Below, one piece after another: positions 1 to 9,176 of a DNA stretch of 64,000 bases. The notes under the pieces are model-generated. The model saw nothing but the letters and a program-made list of their open reading frames with translations. It was not told the origin of the DNA and ran no database searches. Position numbers and translations under genes: made by a program. This stretch comes from Minisyncoccia bacterium (GTDB lineage: Bacteria; Patescibacteriota; Minisyncoccia; UBA6257; JAAZHW01). How positions within the stretch are numbered: the stretch's first letter is position 1; every line of letters begins with the position of its first letter. Location: contig JBNASH010000033.1 in NCBI GenBank assembly GCA_049720475.1, positions 3,784 through 67,783 of the forward strand, in the 5' to 3' direction.

Positions 1-1017
1 TGAGCATATTTAAAATAGAATACAAAGTAGTTGTTTTACCAGAGCCAGTCGGACCAGTTACCAAAATCATTCCGTAAGTTTTTTTAATACTCTCTTCAAT
101 TAATTTGGCAGTATCATCAAGCATTCCTAATTCTCTTAAACTCATTGGTTTGGCGGTGGCACGCAATAAACGCATTTCTACTTTCTCGCCATAAAAAGTT
201 GGCATAATGGACACACGAATATCCATTGCCTCCCCTAACGCTTCATAACGCAAACGACCATCTTGCGGCTTTCGATGTTCATCAATTTTTAAACCAGCTA
301 ATAATTTAATTCTTGCCACTATTGCTGGGTGAACTTCTTTTGGAATTCGCATCATTTCATGTAATACGCCATCAATGCGAAAGCGTACCAAAACCGCATC
401 TTTTAAAACTTCAATATGAATATCTGATGCATTTAAAGAAATGGCGTAGGCCAAAATACCATCAACAATATTAATAATTGGCAATTCTTCCGCCACTTCT
501 TTTTCGCCTACCATCTTCAACCGCGCCGTGGCTTTAATATTTTCTTCAATTAATTGTCTGAAGTCTTCAACAACTTCTTTGCCATAAAGCGAATAAACAT
601 AATTTAAATCTTTGTCAGTGGTAAGAAAAATTTTAATGGGCGCGTTGAGATATTTCTCTAAAAAATTAATTGTTTCCAAATCGCCCGGATCTTCCATCGC
701 CACATAAAAAACACCATTTTTATCCTGATCAAAAACTACCGCCCGCCGCATTCGAGCAATTTCCTCAGGAATTTTCGACAAAAGTGATTTTTTAATCAAG
801 CGGCCGCGCAATTTAATGACGGGCATCCTGAAATAATCCGCATAAAGTTGCAAAACATAATCCTCACTAATAAATCCGCGGGAAATTAAAATATCAATAA
901 TATCTTGGCCAGCTCTTTTACTTTCTTCAATGATTGTCTGAAAAACATCAGCCGGCACCAAACCACTATCCACCAAAAGTTCTTTTATTTTCTCAATTGG
1001 TAAACGCAAGGCCATAA
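1..1017 (-). CDS. pilB: Type IV pilus assembly / type II secretion ATPase (PilB/GspE family). Only the N-terminal part is present; the C-terminus runs off the window edge.
   Basis: Minus-strand translation from the ATG at 1017 gives MALRLPIEKIKELLVDSGLVPADVF..., with an N-terminal GspE_N-like domain. It continues to the Walker A motif GPTGSGKTTTLYS at the window edge. It is absent from the ORF track because it is truncated. Confidence 0.8.
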
Positions 1018-1020
1018 TTT

Positions 1021-1629
1021 TTAAAACCTGATGCTATTAATAAAATTGTTTATCCACTCAATGGGCAAATTGACTTTTTGCAAAAAGAAAACAACAATCG
1101 CCAATGGCAGCCATAAATAATAAAGGGGCAGGCGTTGATTAAACTGAATTTTTTTAAAAGCCAGCTGAACTAAATAAAGAATAATGGCAATGATTAAAAT
1201 TAAGAAAATATAAACGAGCCACATCGGATGCCCTAAAAAGATTATAGCATAAAATAACATCCATGGCTCTTCTTTTTCAAAAAAACGCTCGCCAGCCAAA
1301 CGATTTAAGATATTGGCTAAAAAGAAAAATAACAAGCCCACCAAAATAGGAAAAATCGCAGGCAAAAGAAAACGGTAATCAATATAGTGCAAAAAGAATT
1401 GAGATAATTTCTGATAGGGAGGAAGCAAATAAACAGCAATTTCGGAATTTTTAAATATTAAAAACTGCCCAATTACCTTAATGGTTAATTCAGCAATTTT
1501 CAAAATTAAAATTAAAATGACAGCAGGTTTGATTAACTGCTGGATTTTTTTAAACCCAATAATCAAACCTGCTGTAAGAACGAAATAAACAAAAGGCAGC
1601 TGATTTATAAGTCCATTTAAAAATTGCAT
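1021..1629 (-). CDS. Polytopic membrane protein, possibly a prepilin peptidase (A24-like). It has an IDxxxLLP motif but only one clear Asp.
   Basis: A 202 aa, very hydrophobic protein with several TM segments. The motif HYIDYRFLLP resembles the first catalytic Asp motif of PilD. It sits between pilB and the pilin genes. Confidence 0.35.
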   Translation of the reverse strand: MQFLNGLINQLPFVYFVLTAGLIIGFKKIQQLIKPAVILILILKIAELTIKVIGQFLIFKNSEIAVYLLPPYQKLSQFFLHYIDYRFLLPAIFPILVGLLFFFLANILNRLAGERFFEKEEPWMLFYAIIFLGHPMWLVYIFLILIIAIILYLVQLAFKKIQFNQRLPLYYLWLPLAIVVFFLQKVNLPIEWINNFINSIRF

Positions 1630-1663
1630 AAAAAATTAATATCTGATAGTTAGAATAAAATGC

Positions 1664-2227
1664 TTAGAATAAAGTCAGATCTGAACCAACTTCATAAAGA
1701 TCACTATTATTCCCACCGTCTTTGCTTTCTACATCACCGGAACCACCATTAGAATAATAATTAGATTCCATATTGGCGTCCAGTTCAAAAGTCGTAGAGG
1801 CTGTTTTTGTTCCGTAATAATAAACATAGGAGGTTGTTGCGGATGTAGATGTTGTATTTTTAGGATCAATTGGTAAGGAAGAAAGAGGAGAACCAGAAGA
1901 AATGGAAGTAAAATTGATCGGGATCCATCCGCCGGTAATCGCCTGGGTAGTAGTGCCAGTAACACTTGAGCAAAGTGTACCACTTGCTGGAGCGCCAACT
2001 TGACTAGCGTAACAAGATGGTACTGATGATCCCATACTTGGCGAACTAACATCGGAAACGTACAAGTTAATCGCTGTTCTTAAGGCATCTAAATCAGCAA
2101 TTCTTTTGGTATCGCGGGTTTTCTTTAACATTTCCGCTGGATTTAAAGTAACAACAATCACACTCATTAACACCGCCAAAATAGCAATAACAACCAATAA
2201 TTCAATTAAAGTAAAACCTTTTTTCAT
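1664..2227 (-). CDS. Type IV pilin / pseudopilin with a class III signal peptide.
   Basis: The N-terminus MKKGFTLIELLVVIAILAVLMSVIV is a prepilin peptidase cleavage motif (G-F-T-L-I-E). The Ser/Thr-rich C-terminal region has two Cys residues (disulfide loop). Confidence 0.85.
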   Translation of the reverse strand: MKKGFTLIELLVVIAILAVLMSVIVVTLNPAEMLKKTRDTKRIADLDALRTAINLYVSDVSSPSMGSSVPSCYASQVGAPASGTLCSSVTGTTTQAITGGWIPINFTSISSGSPLSSLPIDPKNTTSTSATTSYVYYYGTKTASTTFELDANMESNYYSNGGSGDVESKDGGNNSDLYEVGSDLTLF

Positions 2228-2349
2228 ATTAATTAATTTTTGTTTTTAAATTAATTATTTCGACTTTTTAATATTTTCGACCTTTTGTTTTTAAATGATT
2301 TACATATTCTTTTTTTTTAAACGACCTTTTTATTATAACAAATTTTAAA

Positions 2350-2931
2350 CTAATTTAAAATACTTAAATCCGAACCAATTTCATAAATTGTAGAGTTATT
2401 TCCACCATCTGTAGTTTCCAAAGAGGCATAGGCACTTGACTCTAAATTAGCATTTAATTCATAAGTTGTTAAGCTGCTTGAGGCGGCAAACACATAATAA
2501 TACCCTGAAGAAGTACTATTGGTTGGATCAATTGGCAATGCTGAAATTGGTGAGCGCAGAGTTAAAACACTAAAATTAATTGGTAGCCATCCTGTCGTAC
2601 CTATCGTCCGATAATTACTTAAAGCAGCACAATAAGCTGTTCGTCCACCATAAGAACCGCAGGTGCCAGCACTAGCTAATGGCACAGAAAGATAAGCATA
2701 GGTGGTGTAGCCGGAAAAATTATAATCCTCAGATAAATACAAATTTAATGCCGTTCTTAACGCCGCTAAATCAGAAAGTCTTCGTGAATCTCGAGATTTT
2801 TTTAACATTTCTGAAGGGTTTAAAGTAATTACAATCACACTCATTAACACCGCCAAAATAGCAATAACTATCAATAATTCAATCAAAGTAAAACCTTTTA
2901 AGGAGCTTTTCTGAATATTTTTCTTTGACAT
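2350..2931 (-). CDS. Type IV pilin / pseudopilin, a paralog of the adjacent pilin.
   Basis: LKGFTLIELLIVIAILAVLMSVIV is a class III signal peptide. There are two Cys residues in the C-terminal region. It is a tandem paralog of 1664..2227. Confidence 0.85.
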   Translation of the reverse strand: MSKKNIQKSSLKGFTLIELLIVIAILAVLMSVIVITLNPSEMLKKSRDSRRLSDLAALRTALNLYLSEDYNFSGYTTYAYLSVPLASAGTCGSYGGRTAYCAALSNYRTIGTTGWLPINFSVLTLRSPISALPIDPTNSTSSGYYYVFAASSSLTTYELNANLESSAYASLETTDGGNNSTIYEIGSDLSILN

Positions 2932-2971
2932 TTTGAAAAATTAGAAGTTTATTTTATTTATACCGGCTTTT

Positions 2972-3361
2972 TTATTTTTTGCTTTTATTTAAAAATTCTT
3001 TAATTTTAAAAATTAAATCATCAATGGAAATTTTGGCTTTAACAAAATATTCAACCGCGCCCAATTGTTTGCCTTTTTGAATATCAGTTGTTTGTCCAAG
3101 ATTGGAAATAATAATTACTGGTTTGTTCCTTAAACTAGGATTTTTGGAAATGTTTTCTAAAACTTCAAAACCACTTTTCTTAGGCAAAATTAAATCTAAT
3201 AAAATTAAATCGGGTTCAATTTCATTTAATTTTTTTATCGCTTCATCACCATCCACAGCGGAAATAACCTCCATTTGTTCCTTTTGGAGACGCAATTTTA
3301 AAAGATTAGACAAAAAAGGATCATCTTCAATAACTAAAATTTTAGCCATTGTTTCTGCCAT
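2972..3361 (-). CDS. Stand-alone response regulator receiver domain (CheY-like).
   Basis: 129 aa with ILVIEDDP, the LLDLILP phospho-acceptor Asp, and a conserved T and K later in the domain. Confidence 0.8.
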   Translation of the reverse strand: MAETMAKILVIEDDPFLSNLLKLRLQKEQMEVISAVDGDEAIKKLNEIEPDLILLDLILPKKSGFEVLENISKNPSLRNKPVIIISNLGQTTDIQKGKQLGAVEYFVKAKISIDDLIFKIKEFLNKSKK

Positions 3362-3363
3362 TA

Positions 3364-3398
3364 ATTATATTATAAATAAAATAAATAATTTTTGACAA
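3364..3398 (-). promoter_or_regulatory. Candidate sigma70-type promoter for the receiver-pilin operon. The transcript is probably leaderless.
   Basis: On the minus strand, TTGTCA is followed by an ~18 nt spacer and TATAAT. The TATAAT ends about 7 nt before the first ATG of the receiver gene. Confidence 0.3.
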
Positions 3399-3428
3399 AT
3401 TAAATTGTGGATATCTTTGAGATAAAAA

Positions 3429-3460
3429 ACAAAAACCGCCATTTATTAATGGCGGTTTTT
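3429..3460. terminator. Rho-independent terminator hairpin with U-runs on both strands. It ends the 16S rRNA transcript on the minus strand.
   Basis: The sequence aaaaccgccatttattaatggcggttttt has a perfect 8-bp GC-containing stem flanked by A and T runs. Confidence 0.55.
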
Positions 3461-3569
3461 GTTAAAAAATAAATCTCTTTTTCATTGTTTCGTGCCGCCC
3501 ATCGCTATTCTAAAAAGAATAGCGAACCGACCTAAGGACCTCATTCTCAGCGAGAATGAGCGTCATCCT

Positions 3570-5095
<1,526 letters not shown>

Positions 5096-5245
5096 AAAAA
5101 ATTTGATCTAACCCCATCCGATTATTATCGAATGGGACTAATACAACTCAAAGGACGACACGAAACAATGAAGAAAAAATTTATTTTTTGTTATTAATGT
5201 GCTAAAAACGAAAATGATAAATTTATTATCATTTTCGATAGATTT

Positions 5246-5273
5246 ATTTTATTCTTAATTTTTCTGATGTCAA
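5246..5273 (-). promoter_or_regulatory. Candidate rRNA promoter, about 150 nt upstream of the mature 16S 5' end.
   Basis: The minus strand reads TTGACA, a 16 nt spacer, then TAAAAT. It lies just downstream of the rpsI stop codon. Confidence 0.4.
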
Positions 5274-5281
5274 GAATAAAA

Positions 5282-5788
5282 TTAACGCTTAGACCATTGA
5301 GGAGCGCGGCGCGCTTTCTTTAATCCGTACTTCTTTCTTTCAACCATTCTTGCATCGCGAGTAAGAAATCCTACTCGACGCAATCGTTTCTTAAAATCTG
5401 GATTGAAAGCAACCATCGCTCTGGCAATTCCCATTCGCACAGCCTCCGCTTGAGCAGATAACCCTCCTCCTCTCACTATAGCCGTTAAACCAAATTTACC
5501 AGGACATTTCATTTTTTCAAACGGGGCTTCAATCATTGCCTGCAATTTTTTAAAGGGAAAATAAACTTTATAATCTTTTCCATTAATCAAAATTTCTTTA
5601 TTCCGGGTATAAAGTCGAACAATAGCAGTGGCTGTTTTTCTTGAGCCAACGCCTTCATAATAAACTTTCCCTTTGCGTCCTCTTTTTTCTTCTTTAGTTT
5701 CTTCCTCTTCAGAAGTTAAAACTTCGGGATTTTTTTCTTCCGATAATTTATTTTCTTTTTCTTCTGTAGTAATTTTTTTCCTAGGCAT
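5282..5788 (-). CDS. rpsI: 30S ribosomal protein S9 with an N-terminal Lys/Glu-rich extension of about 45 aa.
   Basis: The C-terminus is ...GGGLSAQAEAVRMGIARAM...RRAPQWSKR, which is canonical for S9. Confidence 0.9.
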   Translation of the reverse strand: MPRKKITTEEKENKLSEEKNPEVLTSEEEETKEEKRGRKGKVYYEGVGSRKTATAIVRLYTRNKEILINGKDYKVYFPFKKLQAMIEAPFEKMKCPGKFGLTAIVRGGGLSAQAEAVRMGIARAMVAFNPDFKKRLRRVGFLTRDARMVERKKYGLKKARRAPQWSKR

Positions 5789-6125
5789 ACATCTTTAAAT
5801 TTTTAATTCTTTTTGACCGCAAACTATTTTTAGGCAACATTCCTAAAACAGCTCTTTTTAAAACCTCCGTGGGATTCTTCTCAAAAACTTCCCTTAACTT
5901 TTTTTCTTTTAAATGACCCAGATACCCTGTATGATGTCTGTAAACTTTCTGATAAAATTTCTTTCCCGTAAATTTCATTTTTGAAACATTTTCGACGATG
6001 ACTTTAACATTTGCCACTTTGTTAGGCGCATAATCAGGATTATCTTTGCCTTGCAAAAGAACGGCTATTTTTGAAGCCAAACGTCCTAATGGTTGATTGG
6101 TAGCGTCAATTTTATATTCTCTCAT
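5781..6125 (-). CDS. rplM: 50S ribosomal protein L13.
   Basis: It has L13-like sequence, a conserved position upstream of rpsI, and an 8-nt overlap with rpsI. Confidence 0.85.
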   Translation of the reverse strand: MREYKIDATNQPLGRLASKIAVLLQGKDNPDYAPNKVANVKVIVENVSKMKFTGKKFYQKVYRHHTGYLGHLKEKKLREVFEKNPTEVLKRAVLGMLPKNSLRSKRIKNLKMYA

Positions 6126-6126
6126 A

Positions 6127-6483
6127 TTAATCCAAAATAAATTCGATTATTGCCATTGGAGCGCCATCGCGTTTCCGAGCGCGAGGACTTTTAATAATGC
6201 GTGTATAACCGCCACGGCGATTTTTCATTTTTGGAGCAATATTATAAAAAAGTTCTTTCGCGGCTGGCTCTCCAATTCGACTAATTAATAAACGATAAGA
6301 AGCAAGGGTTTGTTTTTTGGCTAAAGTTACTAATTTATCAACTAATCTTTTTAGTTCACGAGCTCGTGCTTCAGTAGTTTCGATTTTTTTAGACAAAACA
6401 AAATTATGAATTAAACTCTTCAAAAAGAGTTTGCGATCACCGCGTGTTCTTCCAAATTTTCTGCCTTTTTTTAAGTGACGCAT
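6127..6483 (-). CDS. rplQ: 50S ribosomal protein L17.
   Basis: MRHLKKGRKFGRTRGDRKLFLKSL... is L17-like. It sits directly downstream of rpoA, as in the alpha operon. Confidence 0.9.
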   Translation of the reverse strand: MRHLKKGRKFGRTRGDRKLFLKSLIHNFVLSKKIETTEARARELKRLVDKLVTLAKKQTLASYRLLISRIGEPAAKELFYNIAPKMKNRRGGYTRIIKSPRARKRDGAPMAIIEFILD

Positions 6484-6492
6484 AAGTTCGAA

Positions 6493-7281
6493 TTATTTTT
6501 TAGTTGCTTTAGTTTTTTTAGTTTTTTTGGTAGTTGCCTTCTCTTTCTCTTTTTCTTTTATTTCTTCTTTCGTCGCTTTTGTTGTTTCCTCAGGCACTTG
6601 AATATCGGCAACGATTTTAAAATGATCGACCAAAATATCAGCGGCTTGTTTTAGAGCCACACGTGGCAAAATGCTTCCATCGGTTTCAATATAAATTCTT
6701 AAACGGTTATAATCGGTTCTTTCTCCAACGCGCATATTTTCAACTTCGTAGTTCACTTTTTTAACGGGAGTAAAAATTGCATCTAAATTAATTGTTCCGA
6801 TTGGCAATTTTTCTTTCTGACGTGTTTCCGCCGGCGAATAACCAACACCTTCTTCAACGGTTAAAACCATTTCCAATTCTGATTTTTTATCTGTTAAAGT
6901 GGCAATATGTGTTTCGGGATTGATAATTTCAACATTTGAATTTTTGGCAATATCTCGAGCTGTTACCTCTCTTTCTCCTTTGGCAGATAAAGTTAAAGTA
7001 TGAGGGCCGGGGCTATAAACTTTTACTCTGATTTTTTTCAAATTAAGAATAATCTGAATAACATCTTCCAAAACACCTTCAATAGTAGAAAACTCATGAT
7101 GAACGCCTTTGATTTTAACGCTAGTAATGGCTGCACCTTTTAAAGAGGATAAAAGAACCCGACGTAAGGCATTCCCCAAAGTTAAACCATAACCAGTGTA
7201 TAAATTTTCAATTTCAAAAACGCCTTCGGTTTCTGTCTCTTTTATAATTTTTGGTTTTGTGGGTAAAATTAACCCTAACAT
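6493..7281 (-). CDS. rpoA: DNA-directed RNA polymerase alpha subunit with only the N-terminal domain. The C-terminal domain is replaced by a short K/E/T-rich tail.
   Basis: The alpha-NTD signature GNALRRVLLSS is present. The protein stops at 262 aa with the tail ...PEETTKATKEEIKEKEKEKATTKKTKKTKATKK. The next gene, rplQ, starts 10 nt later. Confidence 0.85.
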   Translation of the reverse strand: MLGLILPTKPKIIKETETEGVFEIENLYTGYGLTLGNALRRVLLSSLKGAAITSVKIKGVHHEFSTIEGVLEDVIQIILNLKKIRVKVYSPGPHTLTLSAKGEREVTARDIAKNSNVEIINPETHIATLTDKKSELEMVLTVEEGVGYSPAETRQKEKLPIGTINLDAIFTPVKKVNYEVENMRVGERTDYNRLRIYIETDGSILPRVALKQAADILVDHFKIVADIQVPEETTKATKEEIKEKEKEKATTKKTKKTKATKK

Positions 7282-7292
7282 ATTTTTATAAA

Positions 7293-7919
7293 TTAACGTG
7301 AATAAAATTCGACGATTTGTCTAAAATCAAATGGCGGCAATTGTTTTGCCAAGCTTGGCTCGGCAATAATTTTAGCTTCTAGTTTTTCTGGATCAAAACT
7401 TAGATAATCTGGTAGTTGAACTTTTTTAAGTTTTTTATCTAAATTCACAAAAGGAGCCTTGTTCTTACTTTCCGGCCGAATAGAAATTATATCACCCTTT
7501 TTCAATTCATAAGCGGGAACATCGATTTTCTTGCCATTAACCAAAATATGACCGTGACTTACCAGCTGGCGCGCGCCTCGTCGAGAAGAAGAAAAACCCA
7601 AACGATAAATAACATTGTCCAATCGCAATTCTAATTTTTTAAAGAAAATGTCACTGGTTGATTGGGGACTTTTACTTGCTTCTTTAAAGTATTTTTTCAT
7701 TTGAGCTTCATTAACACCGTAAGTAAGCTTAACCTTTCTTACCTCATTCAATTGTTTTCCATATTCAGAAGTGGCTTTTGTGACTTTTTTGCGATGCATA
7801 CCGGGCGCATAAGGCTTTCTAATTAAAGCGCATTTTATAGAATAGCAACGATCCCCTTTCAAAAAAAGTTTTTCCCCAACTCTACGACATTTTCGACATT
7901 TAGCATCTAAAATTGCCAT
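7293..7919 (-). CDS. rpsD: 30S ribosomal protein S4.
   Basis: MAILDAKCRKCRRVGEKLFLKGDRC is the S4 N-terminus. The ORF-track start at 7988 is an upstream extension, and the MAIL start is preferred. Confidence 0.9.
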   Translation of the reverse strand: MAILDAKCRKCRRVGEKLFLKGDRCYSIKCALIRKPYAPGMHRKKVTKATSEYGKQLNEVRKVKLTYGVNEAQMKKYFKEASKSPQSTSDIFFKKLELRLDNVIYRLGFSSSRRGARQLVSHGHILVNGKKIDVPAYELKKGDIISIRPESKNKAPFVNLDKKLKKVQLPDYLSFDPEKLEAKIIAEPSLAKQLPPFDFRQIVEFYSR

Positions 7920-7923
7920 AATT

Positions 7924-8382
7924 TTATACTCTCCGTGGTTTTGGCGGTCGACATCCGCCGTGTGGAACCGGAGTAATATCTTTAACACTAACGACGTTTA
8001 AATTTTGAGCAATAAAACTTCTTAAAGCGGCTTCCCTACCAGCACCTAATCCTTTGATATAAACATGAAACTCTGGAATAATTAATTTCTTGATTTTTTG
8101 AACAATCGATTCGGCAACTTTGGTAGCCGCAAAGGCAGTTGCTTTTTTGGGTCCTTTAAATTGTAAATGTCCAGCCGATGACCAAGCCAAAGTATTTCCC
8201 AAATGATCAGTCACGGTAATAATAATGTTATTATAAGAAGAGGAAATATAAATATTAGCAAATGGATAACTTCCTTTTTTGCCAACTTCTTTTGATTCAA
8301 CTTTTTTAAGCGCTGATTCCAGCGTCTCTTTTTCTTTTAAAACTTCATTTTCATCTTGAACAGCTACTCTTTTCTTCCCCAT
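7924..8382 (-). CDS. rpsK: 30S ribosomal protein S11.
   Basis: ...AWSSAGHLQFKGPKKATAFAA... together with its conserved operon position. Confidence 0.9.
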   Translation of the reverse strand: MGKKRVAVQDENEVLKEKETLESALKKVESKEVGKKGSYPFANIYISSSYNNIIITVTDHLGNTLAWSSAGHLQFKGPKKATAFAATKVAESIVQKIKKLIIPEFHVYIKGLGAGREAALRSFIAQNLNVVSVKDITPVPHGGCRPPKPRRV

Positions 8383-8383
8383 A

Positions 8384-8770
8384 TTATTTAAGTTCTAATT
8401 TTCTGCGACCGCTACCGACTGTCCGACGAACATTACCACGAATGGTTCGCGAATTAGTTTTTGTTCGTTGACCGCGCACCGGTAATTTTCTTAAGTGTCT
8501 TATACCACGATAACAATTAATATCTTTTAATCGGCGGATATTAGATTGAATCTCTCGTCTTAAATCACCTTCAATTTTATAATTCGTTTCAATTATATTT
8601 TGCAAACGATTAATTTCTTCGGTTGTTAAATCTTTGGCTTTTTTGTTTTGATTAATATTAGCCATATTTAAAACTTTTCTAGCCAAAGATTGCCCGATTC
8701 CATAAATATAGGATAGGCTAACAAAAATTGGTTTATTATCAGGGATATTTACATTACAAATACGTACCAT
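8384..8770 (-). CDS. rpsM: 30S ribosomal protein S13.
   Basis: MVRICNVNIPDNKPIFVSLSYIYGIGQSLA... Confidence 0.9.
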   Translation of the reverse strand: MVRICNVNIPDNKPIFVSLSYIYGIGQSLARKVLNMANINQNKKAKDLTTEEINRLQNIIETNYKIEGDLRREIQSNIRRLKDINCYRGIRHLRKLPVRGQRTKTNSRTIRGNVRRTVGSGRRKLELK

Positions 8771-8775
8771 ATTTT

Positions 8776-8892
8776 TTAACCTTGTCTTTGTTTATGTTTT
8801 GGATTTTTTTTACAAATAATAAAAACGCGGCCTTTGCGCCTTACTACTTTACAATCGCGACAAATTTTTTTAACCGACGCTCTTACCTTCAT
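8776..8892 (-). CDS. rpmJ: 50S ribosomal protein L36 (38 aa). It is below the ORF-track size cutoff.
   Basis: The minus strand encodes [38 protein letters not shown], between infA and rpsM. Confidence 0.8.
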   Translation of the reverse strand: MKVRASVKKICRDCKVVRRKGRVFIICKKNPKHKQRQG

Positions 8893-8901
8893 AAGATTTT
8901 A

Positions 8902-9108
8902 TCATTTGCGATAGACAATACGTCCTCGCTTTTCATCATAAGGGCTTAGTTCAACCACTACCCTATCACCAACCATAATGCGGATAAAATTTAATCTTAA
9001 TTTACCTGATAAATGAGCTAAAACCTCTCTCCCATCATCCAGTTGGACTTTAAAAGTGGTACTGGGTAAGGCTTCGATCACTACGCCCTCAAATTGATTA
9101 TTCTTCAT
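8902..9108 (-). CDS. infA: Translation initiation factor IF-1.
   Basis: [58 protein letters not shown]... Confidence 0.9.
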   Translation of the reverse strand: MKNNQFEGVVIEALPSTTFKVQLDDGREVLAHLSGKLRLNFIRIMVGDRVVVELSPYDEKRGRIVYRK

Positions 9109-9176
9109 AAAAAATGCTTTTCCAACCCAATGGTTGATTATTGTTCATTATAAAAATGTTTTTGAAATAGTCAACA

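Noticed and set aside
1729-2052. The 107 aa ORF antisense or out-of-frame within the pilin gene, and similar embedded ORFs.
   Set aside because: It lies fully inside a well-supported gene in another frame or strand. The other embedded ORFs are 3102..3395, 9205..9968, 10672..10875, 13335..13553, 13757..14281, 17097..17309, 21669..21872, 23039..23281, 24198..24455, 25331..25513, 29433..29645, 30489..30846, 31350..31810, 32514..32696, 33261..33743, 34263..34475, 35367..35579, 40939..41160, 43372..43880, 44231..44446, 46536..46727, 47086..47397, 48278..48533, 48908..49165, 50293..50523, 51518..51778, 52697..52945, 53299..53740, 54341..54523, 55647..55829, 56941..57189, 57925..58116, 59525..59707 and 62446..62658. 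These are AT-rich frames that are open by composition.
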